Shown: piece after piece, positions 28,406 to 37,001 of the stretch
Layout of the letters: every line of letters begins with the position of its first letter
Numbering within the stretch: the first letter of the stretch is position 1
Program-made: the position numbers and the translations under genes
DNA from: Bacteroidota bacterium
GTDB taxonomy: Bacteria > Bacteroidota > Bacteroidia > Cytophagales > Microscillaceae
DNA length: 64,000 nt
Direction of reading: 5' to 3'
NCBI GenBank assembly: GCA_004293265.1
Contig: RDXZ01000022.1
Coordinates: 9,158-73,157, forward strand
The notes under the pieces: generated by a model
What the model saw: only the letters and a program-made list of their open reading frames with translations
Told to the model about the DNA's origin: nothing
Databases searched by the model: none

Positions 28406-28807
28406 TTAAAAAGGAATTTTACTTGCGTGATTTTTTCCCAAATTTTTTAATGTTATTGACACTAAAAAATATAAGATACTTGAATAAAAAATATTGATTA
28501 TAACCAAATACCATGCATAAGTATTATAATCTACCGCATTAGCATTACGTATATAATAATTATTTGCAAAAATTATTACAACTAAAGCAGATATGATAAT
28601 ATTTAATAATAGGATAAAAAACCACCAAATAATGGTAGCATACTTTGTAGTCGAAAGTTTATTTAAAACTAAGTAATATACAGTAGGTAGTAGTAAACTA
28701 CTTAAAATGTTTATATATGCTACAAACACAAAAAACTTTTTAAAATCTCTACCATATTTGTAAGAACCTATAAAAACCTCATAAAGAGATATAAAAAAAT
28801 CATTCAT
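28406..28807 (-). CDS. small polytopic membrane protein (3-4 TM); operon gene 2
   Basis: 133 aa, almost entirely hydrophobic helices. 19-20 nt gaps to both neighbours. Confidence 0.55.
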   Translation of the reverse strand: MNDFFISLYEVFIGSYKYGRDFKKFFVFVAYINILSSLLLPTVYYLVLNKLSTTKYATIIWWFFILLLNIIISALVVIIFANNYYIRNANAVDYNTYAWYLVIINIFYSSILYFLVSITLKNLGKNHASKIPF

Positions 28808-28827
28808 TTTTATTATTTATTTTAAAA

Positions 28828-30123
28828 TTAGAAATAGTACTCATTTTGTTTATATGCTTCTAAAATTCCTTCTATCAGTTCTTTAAAAGCAAAAGTTTTT
28901 TTATTGTTTTCTTTCTTGTTAATATCTTTATCATTTTCAGTAGACCATTTTTCATACCAAGTAGAATTTTTTTTCTTTAGTTTTATCGACAACGTATTTT
29001 TTGTTGATATTGCATTATTGTTTAGTTCTAATGTTATAAAATGTGTATATGGTTTTAAATCATTTTGTTGTTCAGATGAAATAGTTTTAAAAAAATCTGA
29101 TTGTTTTTTCACAATGACTGATTCTTTTTTTACAAGATTATCTACCTCTATATTTTCTTTTAAATATTTTTCATCTTGGACATTTATTGGATAAGATTTT
29201 AAATCTAATCCAATTGTAAACTTAATCGTTTCACCCAATGGTAATTTCTCTATATGTGTGGTATCTACATAATCCCAACCGCCAGCCCTACCTTCAGAAG
29301 ATAAAATAGTATGTTTTGGTGCATTATATTGCCAACCAATATGTAATTCTTCCCTTGCTTTAAATTTTTTATCATTAATAATATAATTTGTAAATTTTGG
29401 CATTAAACTTTTTCTGCCAATAACCCATATATAAAAAGGACGTAAATTTGTTAGACAACAAGATTCTGGTTGATTCGAATGATTAAAATATGTTCCGTCA
29501 AACTTTGATAAAAAAGCATAAACAGAGATTCCAAAGTCTTTTTGATATTTTGCAAATGCTCCTGTAACCTTTCCTTTTAATCCATCACTATCTTGATTAG
29601 CATACGGTTCTTTTTTTATCTTATCTGTGGGATAAGACATTATACTTTCAGTAAAAAATATATTTATAGATGATGTGTCTTTATTTTTAAAAATATTTTC
29701 AAAAATAGTGTGAATTGGAGTATCTTTTCCATTTCTAAATCCCCAATCCTCGTCCATTCCATCAGAAAACTCACCAACTAAATCTCCTGCTGATTTGATT
29801 TTATTTTTATAAGATTCAACTTTACCACCATCTAAAAGATAAATTTTCAGTTTTTCATCAAATGAAGTATCTGAAAAATAACTTAAGAAAGTTCTAACTT
29901 TATTTTTAAAGTTATCATCTTCTTCTCCTCTTTTTGGTCCGTTTGTCAAATAACCACCCATACTTGCTGATTTGTCAAAAAAAATATTAATTTTTAAGTT
30001 ATTATTTGAATTTATTTTAGAAGCAACACCCATTTTTAATTCTAATTGATGATTGGTGCAACCAAGAGAGAGTATCAAAAAGAGAAAAACAATCAAATTT
30101 CGTATGTATATTCTTAATATCAT
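28828..30123 (-). CDS. vWA-domain lipoprotein; operon gene 1
   Basis: Lipobox LSLGC after ATG at 30123 (the track TTG start at 30159 is less likely). INIFFDKSASMGGY is a DxSxS MIDAS motif (nt 29962-29976). Confidence 0.6.
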   Translation of the reverse strand: MILRIYIRNLIVFLFLILSLGCTNHQLELKMGVASKINSNNNLKINIFFDKSASMGGYLTNGPKRGEEDDNFKNKVRTFLSYFSDTSFDEKLKIYLLDGGKVESYKNKIKSAGDLVGEFSDGMDEDWGFRNGKDTPIHTIFENIFKNKDTSSINIFFTESIMSYPTDKIKKEPYANQDSDGLKGKVTGAFAKYQKDFGISVYAFLSKFDGTYFNHSNQPESCCLTNLRPFYIWVIGRKSLMPKFTNYIINDKKFKAREELHIGWQYNAPKHTILSSEGRAGGWDYVDTTHIEKLPLGETIKFTIGLDLKSYPINVQDEKYLKENIEVDNLVKKESVIVKKQSDFFKTISSEQQNDLKPYTHFITLELNNNAISTKNTLSIKLKKKNSTWYEKWSTENDKDINKKENNKKTFAFKELIEGILEAYKQNEYYF

Positions 30124-30435
30124 AATTGTGTTATTTTTGTATATTGAGTAAATTGACAAACAAGAAACTATTTCAATGTTTGCTTGAATAATATAATAGT
30201 ATTAATTAAAAAAAAATTTCACAAATATAATTTGTTAAATTTAATATTCCAAATAATTATGAAAAAAAATATTTTTTATTTTTTATAAATCACAATAAAA
30301 AAACCTATGCCAACTATACAAGTCAAAACCCCACAAAAAGTGTAAAAAAAAATCAATTTTTTTTTAAAATATTTTTGAATGAATAAATCTTATCTCAAAA
30401 AAGTACAATTTTTTTGAGATGGGTGTTTCAAAAAA

Positions 30436-30543
30436 CTTTAAGATATTTTAAGATATTTTTCAATTTACTTTAAGATATTTTTTTCGAAATTTTTTTTATA
30501 CAAAATTTTTAATTTTTTTTTCTTAAAGTATTATCTTAAAGCA
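30436..30543. promoter_or_regulatory. cluster of five ATCTTAAA boxes in inverted arrangement in the divergent control region
   Basis: TTTAAGATAT at 30437, 30447 and 30469 (reverse orientation). TTCTTAAAG at 30520 and TATCTTAAAG at 30532 (forward). Same core as the repeats at 2520-2567. Confidence 0.45.
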
Positions 30544-30819
30544 TCTTCAACATTAAAAAAAATGATAACAACTTTAATATAGTAAACCTTCTATTTTTTT
30601 TAGTTTCAATTATTTTTAATTTTATTTAATTTGTTACAAATTATTCGATATTTTGTTGATTAGGCTTTACGTTATGGAAAATGTTTTTTTTTATTTATTT
30701 TTGTGTAAACTTTTGAATGTATAAATTCAAAAAAAAATTTTTTAAATATTCATACACTTTTCACTGCTTTTTAACTTGTATAGATGTAATTACACCGCTT
30801 AAAATTCGTTTGTATAAAT

Positions 30820-31467
30820 ATGATAGATAAAGTTCTCGAATCGCACCAAAAATGGAAAAAAGAGCCAACAACTAAAAATTATGATATTTTTATGGCAGAA
30901 GTGCGCAAAAAATCATTCGATAGTATAAACCAACAAAATATTATTCCTAAAAGTAATATTGATGATAGAGAAGATGTAGTGGAAGATGTATGTGAAATAG
31001 TTATAAATGAATCTACTAAAAAAAGTGAAATTAATGGTGGATACGTTTACACAATAACAAAAAATAAATCATTAGATTACCTTGAAAAAGCAAAAGTTAC
31101 AGTAGATATAGATAAAAAAGATTATATAGAAGAAAATAATGATAGTTTTGACGAATTAAAATCTATCATAAATAATGAAGAATTTTTTATAGAACTAAAA
31201 AAAGAATTAACAAAACAACGAATAAACGAAACAAAAATATCTATTTTTTATGATGCTTTTTCTAAAACCTATTTTGAAAATCAAACTTACAAAGAAATTG
31301 CAGATTTTCACAAATTGACAGAACAACAGATAAAAGATATGTTTAGAAGTAATAGTAAATATATAACCGCAGTAAACGACACAACCATAAAAATTGCCTC
31401 AGAAAACGGATTAGAAATACACTTAACCAAAAATAATAAACCAAATTCTGTTAAAGAACCAAAATAA
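30820..31467 (+). CDS. divergent sigma-70 family (ECF-like) factor
   Basis: Region-2-like DREDVVEDVCEIV ... YVYTITKNKSLDYLEK. Region-4 HTH QTYKEIADFHKLTEQQIKDMFRSNSKYI. Confidence 0.5.
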   Translation: MIDKVLESHQKWKKEPTTKNYDIFMAEVRKKSFDSINQQNIIPKSNIDDREDVVEDVCEIVINESTKKSEINGGYVYTITKNKSLDYLEKAKVTVDIDKKDYIEENNDSFDELKSIINNEEFFIELKKELTKQRINETKISIFYDAFSKTYFENQTYKEIADFHKLTEQQIKDMFRSNSKYITAVNDTTIKIASENGLEIHLTKNNKPNSVKEPK

Positions 31468-31468
31468 A

Positions 31469-32344
31469 ATGGAGAACACAAATATAAACCACTTAAAGTG
31501 GAACGAACTGAATAATAAAGAAAAAATATTTCAAATTATCCAATATAAACAGGATAATATGGATAGCGATGCTTTATATAACTTTTTTGAATCTTTTCGC
31601 GGAGATATAGATGCCAAAGAAGAAGTAAAAGACTTGCTTTTCAAATATGACGAAATTGAAACAAAAGTAAAACTTTTTTTAGATAAATATATTGTTTTTG
31701 ATAATGAAGAAACAAAAGTATTTCAATTAAAAAAATATTTAGGAATAGGCTCAATAACCGCCGCAGGTATTACTATCATTAGTATATTTACTTATTTTTT
31801 ATTACAAAATATACCCAAACAAGAAAATAAATCACTAACACTAAACAAAAATGACAACAAAATTGAAAAAAATGATAACAACCAAAACAAAGAAAGTGAA
31901 AATAATGAGAACATAACAGATAAATTGCCAAAAAACCAAACAGAAAAATTACCAAAAAATCAAACAGATACTTTCACCAATGGTGAAACACAAAAAAAAC
32001 AAAATATAAAAAAGGAAAATCAAACTGAGTCCTCAAACAGAAACATTACGCAAAAAGAAAGGCAACTTATCAGCCCCAAAGAAAATGATGTGGTACGAGA
32101 AGATGACTTGTATGTAGAATGGACAGGTTTGGACGAAAAATATAGTTTGGAAGTGCAGATTAGAAATATATATGATTTCAAAGTTCACACACAAATTGTT
32201 AAAAATAAAGAAAAAATATCTATACCCAAAAGTATAGAAGATGATTTTTATATTGTTACTATCAAAGCACTTGACGAGAAAAAAACACTCGTGTTTAAAA
32301 CAAAAATTGAACTCAAAAGAGAAAAGGAAAAAGAGAAACAATAA
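31469..32344 (+). CDS. single-pass membrane protein, anti-sigma-like partner
   Basis: Starts 1 nt after the sigma stop codon. Central TM helix GIGSITAAGITIISIFTYFLL. N/K/Q-rich linker with tandem KLPKNQT(E/D). C-terminal beta-rich domain. Confidence 0.5.
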   Translation: MENTNINHLKWNELNNKEKIFQIIQYKQDNMDSDALYNFFESFRGDIDAKEEVKDLLFKYDEIETKVKLFLDKYIVFDNEETKVFQLKKYLGIGSITAAGITIISIFTYFLLQNIPKQENKSLTLNKNDNKIEKNDNNQNKESENNENITDKLPKNQTEKLPKNQTDTFTNGETQKKQNIKKENQTESSNRNITQKERQLISPKENDVVREDDLYVEWTGLDEKYSLEVQIRNIYDFKVHTQIVKNKEKISIPKSIEDDFYIVTIKALDEKKTLVFKTKIELKREKEKEKQ

Positions 32345-32350
32345 AAAAAA

Positions 32351-32383
32351 ACGTCTTGTAAATTTTTTGCGTTTACAAGACGT
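32351..32383. terminator. bidirectional intrinsic terminator between convergent genes
   Basis: acgtcttgtaaa / tttacaagacgt 12-bp stem flanked by an A-run and T-rich sequence. Confidence 0.65.
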
Positions 32384-32558
32384 TTATAATTGATTACTTT
32401 TTAATGATAGTGCTTTTTTGTCTTTTTGAGCGAAGCGAAAAATCTCGTTTCTCGTTTACCAAACGCTATTTAACAATCAGTTGCTTCACTTCGTTCAGCA
32501 GGACAAAGCATTACATTAACAGCACTACCTTTTTTAACCACTCACAGAAAAAAATCAC

Positions 32559-35144
32559 CTAATTTGTTTTTGCTTTAAATTTCAAATCCATCTGAAAAGC
32601 CGCCCAATATTTTGGGTGAGCAAATTTCTTATCTTTGATGGTTTTAGAAATGGCTTGTTGCATAGCCCAAGCATAATCATAATCAGGTGTTGGATTGGCA
32701 TACAAAAAATCAAAAAAAGATTTCATTATCACCGAAGTCCCTTCATCATCTATGCTCCACAACGTAGAAATGACGTTGGAAGCACCCAAATAAAAAAATT
32801 GTTGTGCCAAAGAATAATTCCCATTTGTTTGAGAATTTGCAAAACCAGATTCACAACTGCTCAAAATCACCAAGTCGGTTTTGAGATTCGAAACCAACAC
32901 CTCAGCGTGATACACAATGCCGTCAAGCATTTTTTCATAAATATTTTGAGAAGATTGATATTTTGCTTTTGATGGCTGAAATAATGCAATGCCTGAATAT
33001 TCTACATTTTTGTGGTGATAAAAACTATGCGTAGATATAATTGAAATCCTTGATTCCCAACCTTTTATAAAATTTTCCTCTGTCGCATTTTTTCGCCAAT
33101 ATTGCAAATGAGGCATTTTTCTTTTCGCCAAAATAGCATCCAAATGATACACTTCTTTTTCTGCATAAGTAAGATGTGAAAAACAAATATTGCCATTTTC
33201 TTTGATAAAAGTTCTTTTTCTGTTTCCTTTTTCCATTTTTTCCTTAAAATCATCAAGTCCTTCAAGCCCGTTGGTGTCCACCAATTTGTTGCCACCATCT
33301 TTTGCATCAAAAACAGGCATAATACTCGCCGCTTCATATCGATAAGCAACCTCGTTTTTTTGGGTAAATGTATGTTGTAAAGAAGATGAATTGATAATTC
33401 CTTTTTCAAATTGCAAACAAAAATAAGGAAATTTATCCCATTCTACATCTTTTTTTGTGTTGATATAAACGGAATCTGTCAAACAAGCACTAAACGGAAC
33501 ATTGGCAAATTTTTTATCTATCCATAAAATCATTTTTTTCTTTCCTTTGAAACTTTCTTGCAATGGCTCAAACAACATTTTATAAAATTTATGCCCATTT
33601 TTTGAATAAGATACTGCATCATCATTAATATCAGAAAAAGCAAAACGAAGCAAACCTTTTTCTAATGTATCAAGTTGATTCCAATCACCAACATATATAG
33701 TTTTTACACTTACATTGTCTTTTGTGATAGCAGCCAAATATTTATAATGATTTCCTGCACCATAGTCATATTTAAGATGAAAAGTATAAATCACAGTTTC
33801 GTCATCTAATTGTTTTTGTATTTCTTCAACACTCATTGTTTTTGGAGAAATATTTGTGAATTGATTACTTTCTTTTTCTTTCAAAATTTTCATTTTTTCG
33901 TCTTCATATTCTTGTTTTTTGTTTTTTTCTTGGGTTATATTTTTATTCAGATAAAACAAAGTAGCATCATTCTGCCATTGTTTTTTATACGATTGGGTAT
34001 TTTGCATTTTATCTGACATATACATCGAAAAATTCATATTCATAACTATCTGTTGATAATGAAATAATTTGTTATCAAATGCTTTCTTTTCTTCAGGATA
34101 TTGTGTTATCAAATAAGAATATAACCTGATAAAACACCCCCAAAGATTACCCGCAGTCAGAAAATAATCTTCTTGTTGTTGAGTCAAACCCCTCATCTTT
34201 TCCAAACAAGCAAACAATTTATAGGCAGTTTCTGCATATTGTATATTTTTATCACGGTTGTATAATTGAATAAGAACACCAATTTTATACCCTAATATTT
34301 TATTTGCTTGACGAAAATTCAGTATTTGTTCTGCTTTTTCGATGGTAGGAATACTGTATATATCTTCATCTTGATAATGAGGCAAAATCATTTTCAAACT
34401 TTTGTGTACGGTGTATAAAGCAGAATCTAATTTACCTTCAACGCAGTAACTATGAGTTTGATAATAATATATATTAGACAAAGTAACACGATATTTTTCT
34501 TGTGATGATTTGGAGAGTCTAAAAAAGTTTTTTTCACTTTCTCTGAATAAATATTTTGCTTTTTGGTGGTCTAAAGGAATTTTTGTTTTTGGAAATGCTC
34601 CTCCATAAATCGTTCCCATGTTACCTAAAGTCTTCATTTTAAACTCCCAATCTTCTGCCTTGTCAGCGAACTCAGAGGCTTTTTGGTAATAATACAAAGC
34701 ACTATCCAAATTTTGGTGGGCTGTATCTTTTTCTGTTACATTGGCAAACAACAAACCGATAACATTGTAGGGAATAATTTTAGCCTTGTTTCTTTGTTTT
34801 TCATCTTTGATTTTTTCCAAAGAAGGCAGAAGTTTTTTAATAGACTGAATACCTCTCGCACACACACCTATTTCATTTTTATTCATTTTAAAATTAATGT
34901 TACATTTAACCCAAGCAATTTGAGCAGTTACATTCACAATTTCACCTATATATTTTTGAGGTTGTTTTTGTAATCGATATAATATTTCTTCTTGTTGGCT
35001 TATAAATTTCGTCAAATTTTCCATTGGCGCACCTACATTATAAAAATAAGATACATTTTCCAGCACCTCAACCAACCAATCCTCGTGTTTGATAAGTTTC
35101 TGTCTTGCTTGCGGCAACAATGTATCAATAAAATTAGAAAGCAC
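32559..35144 (-). CDS. TPR-repeat CHAT-domain (caspase-like) protease, N-terminal 70 codons severed by IS insertion
   Basis: N-terminal half has TPR-like helical repeats. C-terminal CHAT dyad context ISIISTHSFYHH (His) and DLVILSSCESG (Cys). The track start at 35144 is a GTG, and the frame stays open upstream to the IS boundary at 35185. Confidence 0.75.
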   Translation of the reverse strand: MLSNFIDTLLPQARQKLIKHEDWLVEVLENVSYFYNVGAPMENLTKFISQQEEILYRLQKQPQKYIGEIVNVTAQIAWVKCNINFKMNKNEIGVCARGIQSIKKLLPSLEKIKDEKQRNKAKIIPYNVIGLLFANVTEKDTAHQNLDSALYYYQKASEFADKAEDWEFKMKTLGNMGTIYGGAFPKTKIPLDHQKAKYLFRESEKNFFRLSKSSQEKYRVTLSNIYYYQTHSYCVEGKLDSALYTVHKSLKMILPHYQDEDIYSIPTIEKAEQILNFRQANKILGYKIGVLIQLYNRDKNIQYAETAYKLFACLEKMRGLTQQQEDYFLTAGNLWGCFIRLYSYLITQYPEEKKAFDNKLFHYQQIVMNMNFSMYMSDKMQNTQSYKKQWQNDATLFYLNKNITQEKNKKQEYEDEKMKILKEKESNQFTNISPKTMSVEEIQKQLDDETVIYTFHLKYDYGAGNHYKYLAAITKDNVSVKTIYVGDWNQLDTLEKGLLRFAFSDINDDAVSYSKNGHKFYKMLFEPLQESFKGKKKMILWIDKKFANVPFSACLTDSVYINTKKDVEWDKFPYFCLQFEKGIINSSSLQHTFTQKNEVAYRYEAASIMPVFDAKDGGNKLVDTNGLEGLDDFKEKMEKGNRKRTFIKENGNICFSHLTYAEKEVYHLDAILAKRKMPHLQYWRKNATEENFIKGWESRISIISTHSFYHHKNVEYSGIALFQPSKAKYQSSQNIYEKMLDGIVYHAEVLVSNLKTDLVILSSCESGFANSQTNGNYSLAQQFFYLGASNVISTLWSIDDEGTSVIMKSFFDFLYANPTPDYDYAWAMQQAISKTIKDKKFAHPKYWAAFQMDLKFKAKTN

Positions 35145-35215
35145 AATTCTGTCAAAAGTTTTTCCTTTGTAGCTTTCTAAAATTCGTTACTGTAAAAATT
35201 TCGTATAAATATATT

Positions 35216-36271
35216 TTAGGCATAATCTTTATGGTATGCGGTTACGATAGCAAGACTTCTTGCACCTTTTACAGACCAAGCTCTTTTGGCAACTATAACA
35301 TCATTTTGTTTTTCCATTCTACCACTTCCTATGGATTTACCTGCTTTTTGACGAAGTTCATAATTGATGATGTAAGCCTCGTTTTTTTCTAAATATCCAA
35401 TCAATTCTTGGTGTTTGTCCTTATTTTTGGGTACTAAAAATTTCAGTGCAATGATTGCTGTGCTGGTTTTGCCTTGCCACAAATAGTTCAAAAGTAAGGG
35501 TATCATTTCTTGCTTTATTTCTTTATTTGGTGCTATTTGGCTCATCAGTTGGGTAATTTTAGCAGACAAATGATACCAATCCAAGAGATGAACAACTTCT
35601 TGTCCAAAGATGGATTTAGTTTGATTTTTCAGACAAGTTGCCCCATCACTGATACAAACAATAGGAACAGAAGAAGCCCCTTTATAATATTTGTGAAGCA
35701 CTGATTTTACTAATTTTACCTCCTCAATACCTTCTGCTGCTACCATCGTTTCAAAAGTAGCCTTATTTATTTGGGAAGGTATTTGAAGCATCATTAAGTT
35801 GATGTTGGTGCGTTCTTTACCTTCTTTATGCTTTTTATCTCGTTTTGGTTTCTGCTTGCCCACACAAACACTATCTGAATAAAATAAAACTTCTTTACTA
35901 TTTGCATCATAAATATCCACTGCCTCACACGCTATTTCCTTAGTTTGCGACTGCTCCCAAGAAGTTATTTGAGCCGATTGTCTGTCCTTGATTTCCGAAG
36001 CATAAGCAGCAACTCTATTGAAAATATGTTGGTCACTCAAACTTCCATTCCCTATCCGAGATGCCAATAACCCCGAAACATTTTCATAACTCAGATGTTT
36101 GCACCAACGCAAATAATACGTTTGTAAAAGAGGTGTTTCATAACCCTTCCCAAAAGGTAAAAATTGAGTTAAATCAAACCACGTTTTTAAACCCTGTTCT
36201 GTTTTATAGCGACGCAAACGAAAGTCAAAAAAACCATTCAAAGTCTTTATATAAACATCCTGATAACCCAT
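35216..36271 (-). CDS. DDE transposase, main ORF (ISKra4-like, family tentative)
   Basis: ISDGATCLKN ... HLLDWYHLSAKI resembles the second-D and YH motifs of ISKra4-type transposases. Located inside the TIR-bounded element. Confidence 0.6.
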   Translation of the reverse strand: MGYQDVYIKTLNGFFDFRLRRYKTEQGLKTWFDLTQFLPFGKGYETPLLQTYYLRWCKHLSYENVSGLLASRIGNGSLSDQHIFNRVAAYASEIKDRQSAQITSWEQSQTKEIACEAVDIYDANSKEVLFYSDSVCVGKQKPKRDKKHKEGKERTNINLMMLQIPSQINKATFETMVAAEGIEEVKLVKSVLHKYYKGASSVPIVCISDGATCLKNQTKSIFGQEVVHLLDWYHLSAKITQLMSQIAPNKEIKQEMIPLLLNYLWQGKTSTAIIALKFLVPKNKDKHQELIGYLEKNEAYIINYELRQKAGKSIGSGRMEKQNDVIVAKRAWSVKGARSLAIVTAYHKDYA

Positions 36272-36276
36272 TTTAG

Positions 36277-36477
36277 TTAGAGAAGTTTTTTTTCGTGAGC
36301 AGATTGTTCAAGTACAAGTATTGACTTGGTTAAATCAGTGAGCATTTTACTTCGTAAATTTTCTACACTTGCTTCTATTTTGGATAAATTATCCGTATCA
36401 GCACCTAAAGAATATGACTTTTCTGAAACAATATTGCCAGTTTCGTCTTGAATGGTTACAATGACTTTCTTTTCCAT
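36277..36477 (-). CDS. transposase upstream ORF (orfA), probably fused to the main ORF by -1 slippage on an A8 run
   Basis: Ends ...HEKKLL-stop. The A8 run (plus-strand T8 at 36286-36293) lies 6 nt before the stop. The -1 frame reads KKTSLTK-MGYQD with no stop. Confidence 0.5.
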   Translation of the reverse strand: MEKKVIVTIQDETGNIVSEKSYSLGADTDNLSKIEASVENLRSKMLTDLTKSILVLEQSAHEKKLL

Positions 36478-36569
36478 AAAAAATAATTAAGGTTTGTTTT
36501 TAGTGCAAAGTTACGCACATAATAATAATTTTCCAAAAATAAAATAATATACGAAAATTTTACAGTAAC

Positions 36570-36731
36570 TAAAATTCTAATATTTTCGTCTTTCCATTTT
36601 TTTAAAACAGAATCTCCATTTTGATATTTTTGTTGATATTTTAATTCATTTTTTAAAGAATACTTTGGTATTTGAAAAAACAAAATTTGAATACCTAATA
36701 CAATTATTAAAGTAATATAAAAATGTTTCAT
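36570..36731 (-). pseudogene. orphaned 5-prime fragment (signal-anchor) of the TPR-CHAT gene
   Basis: MKHFYITLIIVLGIQILFFQIPKYSL...DENIRIL reads in frame into ESYKGKTFDRIVLSNFIDTLL (35177 downward) once the IS and one TSD copy (1392 nt, a multiple of 3) are removed. Confidence 0.75.
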
Positions 36732-37001
36732 ATATATCATAGTTTAAATTATAACTTTTTTGCAAAGTAACAAAATAATTGTTTTAAAAAATATAAAATG
36801 TAATATTTTTTCATATTTTTGACTTTTATTATCAAAAAAAGACATTTTGTCATTATAAAAAATCAATTTTTATCTAAAATATGCCATTTTGTCTTGTAAA
36901 ATTAAAAAAATCAGATTGGTATTTTGTTTGAAATAAATATCAATGTGAAGTAATTTAAAAAACTTCATTCAACTAAAACCTTTAAAACATTTTTTTTTAT
37001 T

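Larger units (their letters stand above)
35186..36569 (-). mobile_element. complete 1384-bp insertion sequence with 22-bp terminal inverted repeats and 8-bp target-site duplication
   Basis: Left end gttactgtaaaaatttcgtata (35186-35207). The reverse complement of the right end is gttactgtaaaattttcgtata (36548-36569), 21/22 identical. TAAAATTC is duplicated at 35178-35185 and 36570-36577. Confidence 0.85.

Noticed and set aside
36456-36740. 94-aa ORF treated as an independent gene
   Set aside because: It is a chimera. Residues up to ...DENIRIL are the severed 5-prime end of the TPR-CHAT gene. The remainder (VTVKFSYIILF...) is read-through into the right terminal inverted repeat of the IS.
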